64,000 nucleotides of DNA, taken from positions 128,001 to 192,000 of the forward strand of contig CAWCTR010000008.1 in assembly GCA_963798485.1 (NCBI GenBank). The letters run 5' to 3'. The position numbers were made by a program, and so were the translations under genes. The notes under the pieces were generated by a model. The model was given only the letters and a program-made list of their open reading frames with translations. It ran no database searches and was not told where the DNA came from. Below are positions 31,284 to 41,812 of the stretch, piece after piece. Positions within the stretch are counted from its first letter, which is position 1; each line of letters opens with the position of its first letter. The stretch comes from an uncultured delta proteobacterium. Lineage in GTDB: Bacteria; Desulfobacterota; Desulfomonilia; UBA1062.

Positions 31284-32186
31284 GTGGAGAAAGCCCCTGT
31301 TAGAGAGATCGTCATCATCAGCGGTAAGGGTGGCACGGGCAAGACCAGCCTTACGGCCTCGTTTGCCGTTCTCGCGGTCCGCTCGATAGTCGCGGACTGC
31401 GATGTGGACGCCTCAGACCTCCATCTCCTGCTGAGACCATGGGTGCGTGAGCGTAACGAGTTCATGAGCGGCCATCAGGCCGTGATCCGCCAGGATGCCT
31501 GCACCCGGTGCGGGGTGTGCCTGGAGTACTGCCGCTTCGGCGCAGTGAGAAAGGATATGGTTGATGATACGTATTCCATTGACCCTGCCTCCTGCGAGGG
31601 CTGTGGGGTGTGTGTACGATTCTGCCCTGAGAAGGCCATAGACTTCCCTGAACGCCTCTGCGGCGAATGGATGATCTCAGAGACCCTCTACGGCACAATG
31701 GTTCATGCCCGGCTGGGCGTGGCTGCAGAAAACTCAGGCAAGCTGGTTTCCCTGGTCAGGCGTGAGGCGAGACGCATCGCCGAGGAGCAGGGAGTCCCCC
31801 TGGTGATCGTGGACGGACCGCCAGGTATCGGGTGCCCGGTGATCGCCTCGGTGACCGGCGCTTCGCTGGTACTGGTGGTGAGCGAACCCACGGTTTCCGG
31901 TGAGCACGACCTCGAACGGGTCCTTGCTCTTACGCGGCACTTCGAGATCCCGGCCGCAATCTGCGTAAACAAGTGGGACATCAACCCTGAAATGACCGAC
32001 CGGATCGAAGAAAAGGCGAGCCTGGCCGGTGCGAAGATTGCCGGGCGCATCAGGTACGACAACTAATTCACAAAGGCCCAGTTGTTTGCACACACAGTGG
32101 CGGAAACGCAAGCGCCCTCGTTGGAAGATATCACCCATATATGGGAAACAATCACACGCAAGGGAGAGAAGAATGGGAATGGATGA
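31284..32186 (+). CDS. Second MinD-like 4Fe-4S ATPase (in-frame TAA at 32064-32066)
   Basis: SGKGGTGKT, CTRCGVC, CEGCGVC, DGPPGIGCP; homology continues FTKAQ...IWETI after the TAA. Confidence 0.8.
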
Positions 32187-33085
32187 GGCCTCAAGGGAAA
32201 CAAGAAAGACCTGCAGCACCTGCAGCGATGAATCATGCTCAGCCTCGAAACGAAAACAAGGCGAGAGTGATGAGGACTTTACAGACAGGCAGAAGCTTGA
32301 AAACAGGCTTTGCAGTATCCGTCATAAGATCGTAGTGCTCTCGGGCAAGGGTGGAGTCGGCAAGAGTACGGTTGCTGTGAACCTTGCCGTAGCTCTTATG
32401 ATGGATGGATGGACCGTGGGGCTGCTTGATGCGGACATCCACGGTCCCAGCGTGCCCACCATGCTGGGTCTGGAAGGTCAGAAGACCCAAAGCGGCGATG
32501 GCGAGATCCTTCCCATTGAACTCGGGGGACTCAAGGTCATGTCACTGGGCTTTTTCCTGTCCAATCCCGACGATGCCGTGATCTGGCGGGGACCCATGAA
32601 GATGGGGGTGCTCAAGCAGTTCCTCAGGGACGTGGCCTGGGGCGACCTGGACTACCTGATCGTGGATTCACCCCCCGGGACTGGTGACGAGCCACTGTCC
32701 ATCTGCCAGCTGCTCGGCGCGGTGGATGGAGCAATTATCGTCACAACCCCCCAGCGCCTCGCCGAGGTGGATGTGCGCAAATCCATATCATTTTGCAGGT
32801 CTCTGGGGGTACCTGTCCTTGGTGTCGTGGAGAACATGAGCGGGTTTGTCTGCCCCCGATGCGGAGAGGTCACGAATGTATTCCTCTCCGGCGCAGGCAC
32901 GGCGCATCGCCCAAGACATGGGTGTGCCTTATTTGGGCTCCATTCCCATGGACCCCAATGTAGCCGAGGCATCGGATGCGGGTCAGCCGTTCATCCATGC
33001 CTTCGCGGCATCCCCCACGGCAAAGATCATGCAGGAGATCATCAGGCCCATCGAGGAGCTAAGCGAACGGGAACAGCGGGGATAA
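32179..33085 (+). CDS. mrp: Mrp/NBP35 Fe-S carrier ATPase (frameshift near 32898)
   Basis: SGKGGVGKST, DADIHGPS, WRGPMK, DSPPGTGDE, ENMSGFVCPRC. Confidence 0.85.
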
Positions 33086-33119
33086 CCCGAAGAAAAAAGA
33101 CTCAAAGGAGAATAATCAT

Positions 33120-33458
33120 ATGCGAATTGCCATACCAGTAGCAAACGGAACCTTGTGCATGCATTTCGGGCACTGCGAGCGCTTCGCGCTTATCGACGTG
33201 GACCCGGCAACCCGGAAGATCGCGGGCCGTGAAGATGTGCAGGCCCCGCCGCATGAGCCCGGACTGCTCCCCCCATGGCTCGCAGAGCGCGGCGCCACAT
33301 TTGTCATCGCAGGTGGCATGGGCCAGCGGGCTGTCGCCCTGTTCAGCCAGCAGGGTATCACGTGCTCGTGGGTGCACCCGCCCGGTACACCGGAAGCCCT
33401 GGTGGCGGAGTATCTTGCCGGAAGACTCCAGGCGGGCCGGAATGTCTGCGACCACTGA
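33120..33458 (+). CDS. NifB/NifX-family protein
   Basis: MRIAIP...HFGHCERF...HEPGLLP...GGMGQRA...NVCDH. Confidence 0.85.
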   Translation: MRIAIPVANGTLCMHFGHCERFALIDVDPATRKIAGREDVQAPPHEPGLLPPWLAERGATFVIAGGMGQRAVALFSQQGITCSWVHPPGTPEALVAEYLAGRLQAGRNVCDH

Positions 33459-33573
33459 GCGGGAGGTCAAAGCATACGCACCTGCGGCGCACGGAGGAAA
33501 AGGAGGACTCCTTGGGGGTCCCCCTCCCAGAAACAGATAGAGAAACAATACAACAATCCCACAGGAGGATGAC

Positions 33574-35282
33574 GTGGTAGACAAGAAAAGGATCGTGGTG
33601 ATCGGCGGGTCCGCTGCCGGACCCAAGGCTGCTGCAAAGGCAAGGCGCATGGATGAGCATGCGGAGGTGGTGATCTTCCAGAAGGACGCAGACCTGTCTA
33701 TGGCTTCCTGCGGCTATCCCTACTACGTGGGCGGGTACTTTGACGACCGGAACATGCTTCTGTGCACGCCCACAGGCGTGGCGAGGGACCCGCAGGTTTT
33801 ACCTCAATGCAAAGGACATCATGCCCGGACAGAGTACCGAGGTAACTCCAGTATAGACAGGGAAGGGCGCACGCGTGAGTTTCGGAACCTTGCCACCGGC
33901 GAGACAGGCAGCATGGCCTATGACAGGCTTGTCATCGCCACCGGTGCCACACCCAAGATGCCCCCCATCCCAGGTGTGAACCTCAAGGGAATTACGACCC
34001 TGCAGTCCATGAAGGATGCAGACTTTCTCCGCAAGGTACGCGACGAAGGGACTCATCAAGAAGGCGGTCATTATCGGCGGCGGCCTTATCGGCATGGAGA
34101 CCTGCGAGGCCCTGGAACTGGCAGGCATTGAGATAACAGTTATCGAGCTGCTGCCGCAATTGTTGACATTTCTCGACTGGGACCTGGCAAAGCTCGTGGA
34201 GAACCACGTGAGAACCAAGCGTGCTAACGTTATCACCGGGCAATGGGATTGCGGAGTTCCTGGGAGAAAACGAAATACTCACTGGGGTGAAGCTGCCAAA
34301 ACGGGACCGAGCTGCCCTGCGAACTGGCCGTGGTGGCAATCGGCGTGAGCCCCAATGTGAAGCTTGCCAAGGAAGCAGGGCTTGCCATCGGAGTCGACCG
34401 GCGGCATCGAGGTGAACGAGTACATGCAGACCTCGGACCCGGACATCTATGCCGTGGGCGACTGCGTAGAGACCCTGCATCGCATCACTGGAAAGAAGGT
34501 CCTGGCTCCATATGGGGACCTAGCTAATCTCCAAGGGAGGGTGGCGGGCGAGAATGCGATCCTCGGCAATGTGGTAACCTTCCCCGGCACCATCCAGACC
34601 GGCATCTGCAAGGTATTTGACTATCTCGGCGGGCTCCACGGGCCTGTCCGAGACTGCGGCGCGGAAGAACGGCTATGAGGATATTATTACTGTGATCAAT
34701 GCGAGTACGGATAAACCGAACTTCATGGACGGGTTGTTGGTAATCACTAAGCTTGTGGCGGAGAAAAAGACGGGAAAAATCCTTGGCGCCCAGTGCGTAG
34801 GTCCAGGCAACGTGGCCAAGCAGATCGCCCAGTGGGCCATGGCCATCCAGGCGGGTATGCACGTGGAGGACATCGTGAACGCAGATCTCCCCTATGCGCC
34901 TCCTTTCTCGCTGGCCATCGACCACTTCATCGCCACGGCCCACCTCATGCAGAACAAGATGAAGGGCAGGCTCAAGGGCATTTCGCCCATGGAGGTCAGG
35001 AAAAAGCTGGACGAGAATGACAGGCCGTTCTTCCTCGATGCCCGGGGTCCCGACGAGTTCGAGCAGATGCGCTTGGGGATCGGCGAGACACTCATCCCGT
35101 TGGGCGCCCTGAGGAAGCGGCTGGGCGAGCTGCCCCAGGACAAGAACAAGGAGATCATCTGCTACTGCAAGATCTCGCTGAGGGGCTATGAAGAGGCTCT
35201 GGTCCTGGAGGCAAACGGATGGAAGAACGTGAAGGTCATGGAGGGCGGTATCGTGGCATGGCCCTATGCGCGGGAGAAATAG
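33574..35282 (+). CDS. CoA-disulfide reductase-rhodanese fusion (Npsr-like), multiple frameshifts
   Basis: GGSAAG, SMASCGYPYY, IIGGGLIGME, IYAVGDC, YAPPFS, rhodanese ICYCKISLRG...EGGIVAW, spread over several frames. Confidence 0.8.
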
Positions 35283-35366
35283 GTCTTTGTAAAAGGATTG
35301 CGGAGCGTTACATGAGTAATCATCTTTTGCAGAACGATACATGTGCAGTTCATGAAGGAGGTGTGT

Positions 35367-36317
35367 ATGAGTATTCTTGAAGCAGACAGGGTGGAGATCC
35401 TTACCCTGCAGGACAACTACATCGATGTCACGGCCATGGACAACTCGGCAGTAATCCAGCGGGCAAGTCCATTGAAGGACATGCAGATCAAGAGTTCCAT
35501 CCTCGCCGAGCATGGGTTTTCCGCCCTGGTGAGTGTACATGCGGATGGGAAATCTTCATCCCTGCTCTTCGACTTCGGTTTCTCCGAGGACGGTGCTGCC
35601 CGGAACGCAGCCATGCTGGGGGCCGACCTCAAATCAGTGGCCACGATGGTGCTGTCCCACGGGCACTCGGATCACACCGGGGGACTCATGAGACTCAGCT
35701 CCATGGTGAAGAAGAAACGCGGGGTTGAGTTCGTCTGCCATCCAGGGGTTTTCATGAGGCCCCGGTATCTGAAATTTGGTGAAGAGATCAAGGTATACTT
35801 CCCGGAGTTCAACAAGGATACGGTGCTGAAAAGGGGGTTTAAGCTCGTGGAAACCAAGGACCCCTACGTGCTCCTGGATGGCCGTGCCTTGTTCCTGGGC
35901 GATATTCCCCGCCTCACCGATTTTGAAAAGGGTTTCCCCATTGCCCACCGGGAAGAATACGGCCAGGAGAAGTGGGATGCCATCGAGGATGATACGGGCA
36001 TAGTGTTGAACGTTAAGGGCAAAGGGCTCGTCATTTTAACCGGATGCGCCCATGCAGGCATCGTCAATACAGTCCGCCATGCAGTGAATATCACTGGTGT
36101 GAAAAAGGTGTGCGCGGTGATCGGCGGGTTCCACCTAAGCGGACCTTTCTTCGAGCCTATCATAGAGCAGACCATAAGAGAGCTGAAGGAGATTGATCCG
36201 CTCTATGTGGTGCCCACCCACTGCACGGGCAGGAAGGCCATCATGCTCATAGAGAAAGAGATGCCGGAGAAGTTTATCCTCAACATGTCAGGCACGAAGC
36301 TGACCTTTGCGGCATAG
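35367..36317 (+). CDS. MBL-fold metallo-hydrolase
   Basis: AEHGFS, LSHGHSDHTGG, GCAHAG, GGFHL, PTHCTG. Confidence 0.88.
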   Translation: MSILEADRVEILTLQDNYIDVTAMDNSAVIQRASPLKDMQIKSSILAEHGFSALVSVHADGKSSSLLFDFGFSEDGAARNAAMLGADLKSVATMVLSHGHSDHTGGLMRLSSMVKKKRGVEFVCHPGVFMRPRYLKFGEEIKVYFPEFNKDTVLKRGFKLVETKDPYVLLDGRALFLGDIPRLTDFEKGFPIAHREEYGQEKWDAIEDDTGIVLNVKGKGLVILTGCAHAGIVNTVRHAVNITGVKKVCAVIGGFHLSGPFFEPIIEQTIRELKEIDPLYVVPTHCTGRKAIMLIEKEMPEKFILNMSGTKLTFAA

Positions 36318-36383
36318 ACATCCGGGTGCTCTTACTTGTAAGAACCAGGGGAAAAGGATAGGCTGATTGCAAATGTACATGGA

Positions 36384-37397
36384 ATGGAGTGTCTCATGGA
36401 TGTTCAGGATCTGATCAGAAAATCTCAGGATGGATTCCAGTTGAGGAAAGATGAATTGATCTACCTCCTCGGCCTGCGTCCTGATTCTTCGGAGTCATAC
36501 CTCGTCATGGCCGAAGCCAACCGCATCTCCACGGAGTTGACCGGTAACCGTGCAGAAGTCCATGCACAGTTGGCGTTCAACCTGGCCCCTTGTCCGGCCA
36601 ACTGCAGGTTCTGCTCCTTTGCCCGGGTAAATGACGTTTTCAAGGATGAAACACGTATAACCCCGGAACAGGCCGTTGCTTATGCCCGGCAATTCGAAAA
36701 TGACGGTGCCAATGCGGTGTTCGTCATGACCACGGCCCACTACCCCTTTGATCTTTTCATCGAAATCTCCCGGGAGGTCCGCAATAACCTCAACCCTGAT
36801 ACAGTCCTCATCGCCAATGTGGGAGACCAATCATATGCCAATGCAAAGAAAATGAAGGATATAGGGTTTGCAGGTGTCTACCATGCACTTCGGCTGAGGG
36901 AAGGTGTCGATTCAGGTCTTGCGCCGGAGAAACGTAAGGCGAGTATCCGTAATTTTCAAGAGGCTGGTCTTCTGGTGGGCACCTGCGTGGAGCCTGTGGG
37001 GCCGGAGCACACTGACGAGGAGCTTGCAGACTTGATCCTCTATACGGCATCGATCAACCCTGCCTACAGCGGCGCTGCCCGGCGTATACCCATACGCGGG
37101 ACTGAGATGGCGAAGTGTGGGGCTATCACTGAGCTCCGCATGGCCCAGATTGTGGCTATCACCAGGCTCGGCATGCCCAGGACCGTACTCGGTAATTGTA
37201 CCCATGAACCATGCACTCTGGGTGGTCTTGCCGGTGCGAACCTTTTTTGGGCGGAAGCAGGGGCCAATCCAAGGGATGTCCAGGAAAAGACCGAGGAAGG
37301 CAGAGGCGAAACTGTTGCCAGCTGTCGGGCCATCTTTACCGAGTGCGGATGGGAGACCTTGGAAGGTCCGTCTCGTTACTACAGCAAGCATTGTTAA
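36384..37397 (+). CDS. Radical SAM protein (BioB-like clade)
   Basis: CPANCRFC; YHALRLREG, CVEPVGPEH, CTHEP, AEAGANPRD. Confidence 0.8.
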   Translation: MECLMDVQDLIRKSQDGFQLRKDELIYLLGLRPDSSESYLVMAEANRISTELTGNRAEVHAQLAFNLAPCPANCRFCSFARVNDVFKDETRITPEQAVAYARQFENDGANAVFVMTTAHYPFDLFIEISREVRNNLNPDTVLIANVGDQSYANAKKMKDIGFAGVYHALRLREGVDSGLAPEKRKASIRNFQEAGLLVGTCVEPVGPEHTDEELADLILYTASINPAYSGAARRIPIRGTEMAKCGAITELRMAQIVAITRLGMPRTVLGNCTHEPCTLGGLAGANLFWAEAGANPRDVQEKTEEGRGETVASCRAIFTECGWETLEGPSRYYSKHC

Positions 37398-37641
37398 TGG
37401 AGTAAACAAAAAAGCTTGCTCATATTATCTTGTTTGTATTCGTTTTTGAAAGGAAGTACAAAACGAGACACTGTTCAGAAACAGCTTATTTGGTATCTAT
37501 AAATATATTGCATTAAATAGATAACCGCATTCTCATCCATTGCCTTCGTGAATATGAACCTTATTTTATTCATCAGATGAATCACTCCGTCAATTCGACT
37601 GGAGTTATGAACGACGATTAACAAAAGAATGGAGCATTGTT

Positions 37642-38361
37642 ATGCCTGAGGAAATCAAGGCAGGATGCGCGCGGCCCACAGGTGGGCCGGTGGGTGATGA
37701 GCCAAAGACAGCACCTCCTGAGCAGGAGAGTATCAGAAAAGAGACGAAGGTTATGATCAAGGTTGGAGGCAAGGCCCCAGATTTTATGTCACCGGCTTAC
37801 TTGAAGGACAAGTTCGTGCAAATGAAACTCTCGGATTACTTGGGCAAGTGGGTGGTGCTCTGCTTCTACCCGGGTGATTTCACCTTTGTCTGAGCCACCG
37901 AGATCTCGGCAGTTGCCGAGAAATATGGCGAGTTCCAGAAGCTCGGGGTGGAGGTCTTCTCCATGAGCGTGGACAGCGTGTTCGTCCACAAGATGTGGAA
38001 CGATCATGAGCTTTCCAAGATGGTCACGGGCGGAGTGCCATTTGCCATGCTCTCCGACGGAGGCGGCCGTGTGGGAAGCGTGTACGGTGTCTATGACCCG
38101 GACGCAGGGGTGGAGATGCGGGGGAGGTTCCTCATCGACCCAGACGGAGTGATACAAGGGTATGAGGTACTTACCCCGCCTGTTGGTCGGAACGTGAGCG
38201 AAACGCTTCGCCAGATCCAGGCCTTCCAGCTCGTGAGAAACAGTAAAGGAACCGAGGCAACACCGTCAGGATGGAAACCATGCAAGATTACACTCAAGCC
38301 GGGACCGGATCTTGTGGGCAAGGTTTGGGAGGTGTGGAAGACCTCTATGGCATTCGACTGA
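37642..38361 (+). CDS. prxU: Selenocysteine peroxiredoxin (AhpC/PrxU-like), UGA at 37891-37893
   Basis: [16 protein letters not shown] at the peroxidatic Cys position; both ORF-track pieces are in frame (239 aa). Confidence 0.9.
37894..37929 (+). promoter_or_regulatory. SECIS-like hairpin
   Basis: tctcggc-agtt-gccgaga, loop 17 nt after the UGA; gcca/tggc lower stem. Confidence 0.75.
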
Positions 38362-38381
38362 TACAGATTCTTAATCTACCC

Positions 38382-38421
38382 ATAACAGAGGTAGGGGCAA
38401 TATAGTCCCTACCTCTGTTAT
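38382..38421 (+). terminator. Long hairpin after the peroxiredoxin gene
   Basis: ataacagaggtaggg / ccctacctctgttat, 15-bp perfect stem. Confidence 0.65.
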
Positions 38422-38735
38422 ATGTGAGCCTACCATTAACACCTAGAATGCTTTGATAAAAAATCATCAGGCTAGAACACTTAATCTACACCGTTGATTT
38501 TATGCAATCAGGGTTTTTCGACAACCTCCAATAAGATGGTTGGTTCCATAATGTCCCAGAACCGATGATCTTCAAATATTACCTACACAAACAGACAGTT
38601 CAATCTAGAGCGAACCTGATGGCATGAAATCTTCACTTTCCCTTGCCCATTATTTACTATGATTATCAAAATAAATCTATTCTCTGGAATACCCATTGGC
38701 CTCGGCATATTAATTTACAATTTCTCTCTAAGCAC

Positions 38736-39020
38736 TTACTCCATTTTTGCCAGGGCTTCCTGCGTTTGCTTCAGTCAGTAGCTTTTTGGAGTATCCTTCA
38801 TCTCCAGGTACATTGATTCTGCCTTCTTCAAGTTCTCCATAGCTTCTTCTTTGCGGCCGACATCAAAGAAGAACTCTCCCAGGAGAAGATATCCAAAGGT
38901 GATGAATGCTTTTAATTTTCGTTCCTCAAGTATCAAGAAGCCTTGTTGAATTCGTTGCAGGGCATTATCGATATGTTGAGGGTTTGCTTTCCCTGCTAAG
39001 CACCCAAGTAATATCCTCTG
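38736..39020 (-). pseudogene. TPR-protein C-terminal remnant
   Basis: GYLLLGEFFFDVGRKEEAMENLKKAESMYLEM...SY*LKQTQEAL; no start and an internal stop. Confidence 0.5.
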
Positions 39021-39178
39021 GATGTGGACCCGACGCTTGTTGACCTAATGATAGTGCAGATTTCAGTCAAATCAATTTCTCCTCTCTATAAGCCACATTT
39101 GCAGGTTGGCCATAACCAAATGGTGCACCGAAGCTATATTTACAGAATATCATCAACGATGTGATAGCAACGACATCT

Positions 39179-39937
39179 TCAGATGATAATGCCATTTTCC
39201 TTATTCCATCCCACGGCAATGATTCTCTTTCCGTTGATGCACCTTGCCTCCTGGGATGCGAGATAAACGGCAGGAGGCCCCATGATCTCAGGCTTCAACA
39301 GCAACGCCTTCTGTTCCTGGGGGAAGGTTTCCGGGATCATCCCGGTCAGCGTCGCTCCGCCCGGCAGTAATATATTCATATTGATTCCTGTCCCTTCCAA
39401 TTCCTGGGCCCAGATCAGGCTCATCGACTCCAGGGCGGCTTTCGATGGGCCATACGGAGAAAACCCCTTTCTCCTCATGGTTTCAAGATTTATGGAAATG
39501 TTGATGATGCTTCCCCCCTTCTGCTTCAGCATGTGAGGGATTACCGCGCGTGTCACCAGGAATACGCCATTGATGTTTGTATTGACCACCATCTGCCACA
39601 TGTCAGGGTCGGCTTCCCAGAATGGTCTGGAATCGGTCATGAACCTTTCGTTCACGAACCTCATTCCCCGGGCAGCGTTGTTCACGAGGATGTCTATGGT
39701 GCCGAACCTGCGCAAAGTTTCATGAATCAGATTGTCCACGTCATCCTTGTTCGTAATATCCGAAAGCAGGGGAAATGCTTGTATACGTGCGGCCACTTCA
39801 TCGATCTCTTTCTTGTCTCTTGCAGAAGTGATCACAACCTGCGCGCCTTCATGCGAATAGGCTTCTGCAATGGCCTTTCCAATGCCTCTCCCTCCTCCGG
39901 TAATGATCGCGACTTTATCTTTCAAGGCATTCCCCAT
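39179..39937 (-). CDS. SDR-family oxidoreductase
   Basis: TGGGRGIG, LVNNA, YGPSK. Confidence 0.9.
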   Translation of the reverse strand: MGNALKDKVAIITGGGRGIGKAIAEAYSHEGAQVVITSARDKKEIDEVAARIQAFPLLSDITNKDDVDNLIHETLRRFGTIDILVNNAARGMRFVNERFMTDSRPFWEADPDMWQMVVNTNINGVFLVTRAVIPHMLKQKGGSIINISINLETMRRKGFSPYGPSKAALESMSLIWAQELEGTGINMNILLPGGATLTGMIPETFPQEQKALLLKPEIMGPPAVYLASQEARCINGKRIIAVGWNKENGIII

Positions 39938-39990
39938 CTTATCTCCCTTCTTAAAAGCAGTCCCTCATGCACTGGGCTACCACCGGCTGT

Positions 39991-40284
39991 TCATCTGCTC
40001 AAAGCTGCTGTCGAGCTCTGCACTCCGGCATTGTTCACCAGTATGTTCAGATTGGGGAAGCTTGCCGTTACCCACTCGGCCAGCACCCTCCGGTCGGATC
40101 CATCGGCCACGTTGTATTCTCTGACATGCAGGGCCTGATGTCTGGCCTGTGCATCGTGGAGCCGGTCCTTCCGCCGTCCGCAGATGATGACCTCGTTCCC
40201 CGCCTTCAGGAAGGCTTCTGCCATTGCATAGCCTATCCCAGTTGCGCCGCCTGTGATCAGCAAGGTGTTCCCTGAAATCTCCAT
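39991..40284 (-). pseudogene. Truncated SDR (DltE-like N-terminal half)
   Basis: TGGATGIG...LVNNAGVQ then stop; no YxxxK. Confidence 0.7.
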
Positions 40285-40363
40285 GTGAATTCTCCTTCAT
40301 CCCCTCGATGGGGAACCATGTTGGCCGTACATTTCTCCCACGCTTCTCTGCAGCCTGAGGCCG

Positions 40364-41062
40364 CTATTTTTTGAGGGGATATCCCACGGTCTGACCGAAG
40401 AGCACCCGCTGGTCGGTGCGCAGGTTCAGTCTTTTCGCAAGAGCCGGTTTGTTGCAGTTGTGGAACCAGGAGGCAAGGCCGTGAGATGCCGCAAACAGGT
40501 ACACGTTGCCTGCAATGAGTCCTGTATCCACAAAATAATATGACTTCTGGATCTCGGGGTCCTGGAGGCCGGGCTCCTGGAACCCGGCTGTGTTAGCAAG
40601 CTTGTCGATGTCAGCCACATAGATGAGGCGGACCGGGGCATGGGCCCCGACATCCGGCTGCCGTTCCCCCAGCGCTAGGGATCGCAGGTCTTCGGCAAGG
40701 ACCGGGATCAGGGTGTGGCGGACCGCGTCATATAAAAACGTACCCTGTTCCATGGTGACGTACAGGTCGATTTCCTGCGAGTTGCTCGCCGATGCGGCGG
40801 TCCGCCCGCGGAGCCCTATGGCAACCTTCTTGCGGTTCACCCCGCACGCCGCCCAGAGGAGATTCGACAGCACCTGCAGGGGAAGCCTTTTATCCCGTAT
40901 TTCGCGGATGGTCTTCCGCTGCCGCAGGGCTTTCATCACGGTTTTTCCTCCATCGAACGTGGGCTCCGGCATCTCGATGGGCAGCAGGTTTTGTGAAGAA
41001 GCACTCCGGAATCCCTTTTTATCATCCATGAGAGAATCCTCCTTTCTTTGCCTCATCATCAT
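40364..41062 (-). CDS. Nitroreductase-family protein (SagB-like)
   Basis: ALRQRKTIRE, LLWAACGVNR, RTAASASN, NVYLFAAS. Confidence 0.85.
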   Translation of the reverse strand: MMMRQRKEDSLMDDKKGFRSASSQNLLPIEMPEPTFDGGKTVMKALRQRKTIREIRDKRLPLQVLSNLLWAACGVNRKKVAIGLRGRTAASASNSQEIDLYVTMEQGTFLYDAVRHTLIPVLAEDLRSLALGERQPDVGAHAPVRLIYVADIDKLANTAGFQEPGLQDPEIQKSYYFVDTGLIAGNVYLFAASHGLASWFHNCNKPALAKRLNLRTDQRVLFGQTVGYPLKK

Positions 41063-41122
41063 GGGAAACGTTTATCCGTAATCTTCCATTTCATGAGGAG
41101 GTATAGGAGGACCTGCCTCCTG

Positions 41123-41755
41123 TCAATGGGCCTCGAGGGCACTCAGTATGGCAGCGGAATCCTCCACTACGAAGAGCTTGCGCATGTTCTTTAGGGAACG
41201 TTCGTGGGCGTCCCTGTCCATGGAGGAAACACAGTCCGATACTACCACCGGATAGAACCCCCTGTTCGAGGCATCGCGTGCGCTGGATTCGATGCCTATC
41301 TCCGTGGCGATGCCGGTGAAGATGACCGTGGTGATGCCCCTGTTGCGCAGCATGGGCTCGAAATCCGTGCCCAGGAAGATGCTCGCTGTGGATTTCCGAA
41401 GGACGGCATCCCCTTCCCCGGGCCGGGCGTCCGCGGGGATTTCAGCCTCATGCGCGCCGGGTGTCATGAAGGGCGGCAGCTTGTTTGGATCGTCCACGCC
41501 AAAACGCCTCATCATGGAATAGAAGCCCCATGATGAGCGGAAATCCACGGGCAGCGGGGTGATCAGTGTGTAGAAGACGGGCATTCTGCCGCGCGCCGAA
41601 TCGATGAGCGGCTTCAGGGCAGACATGAACTCCACCCTGTTGAAGATTCTGTCCGCCAGGCCGTTTTGCACATCCCACACCACGAGGCAGGAATGGGAAG
41701 GATCGACGATCTCCCTGAGATTCTCGTACAAGATAACCCCATTTATGTTCTTCAT
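41123..41755 (-). CDS. Isochorismatase/cysteine hydrolase family protein
   Basis: VVWDVQN, RKSTASIF, TGIATEIGIESSARDA (Gly where a catalytic Cys usually sits). Confidence 0.85.
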   Translation of the reverse strand: MKNINGVILYENLREIVDPSHSCLVVWDVQNGLADRIFNRVEFMSALKPLIDSARGRMPVFYTLITPLPVDFRSSWGFYSMMRRFGVDDPNKLPPFMTPGAHEAEIPADARPGEGDAVLRKSTASIFLGTDFEPMLRNRGITTVIFTGIATEIGIESSARDASNRGFYPVVVSDCVSSMDRDAHERSLKNMRKLFVVEDSAAILSALEAH

Positions 41756-41812
41756 CGTGCCTACCCCCTTTTATATCTGGTTTTTTATAGAGATATGAAG
41801 AAAAGGCGCTTC

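Noticed and set aside
32064-32066. In-frame stop in the second ATPase as recoding
   Set aside because: It is TAA, not TGA or TAG, and lies in the error-dense region
38511-38528. gggtttttcgacaacctc resembling an IS terminal repeat
   Set aside because: No partner end or transposase was found; too short to support
38775-38777. In-frame TGA in the TPR remnant as a fourth selenocysteine
   Set aside because: The context SY*L fits a Trp (YWL) TGG>TGA change; there is no redox motif and no start codon
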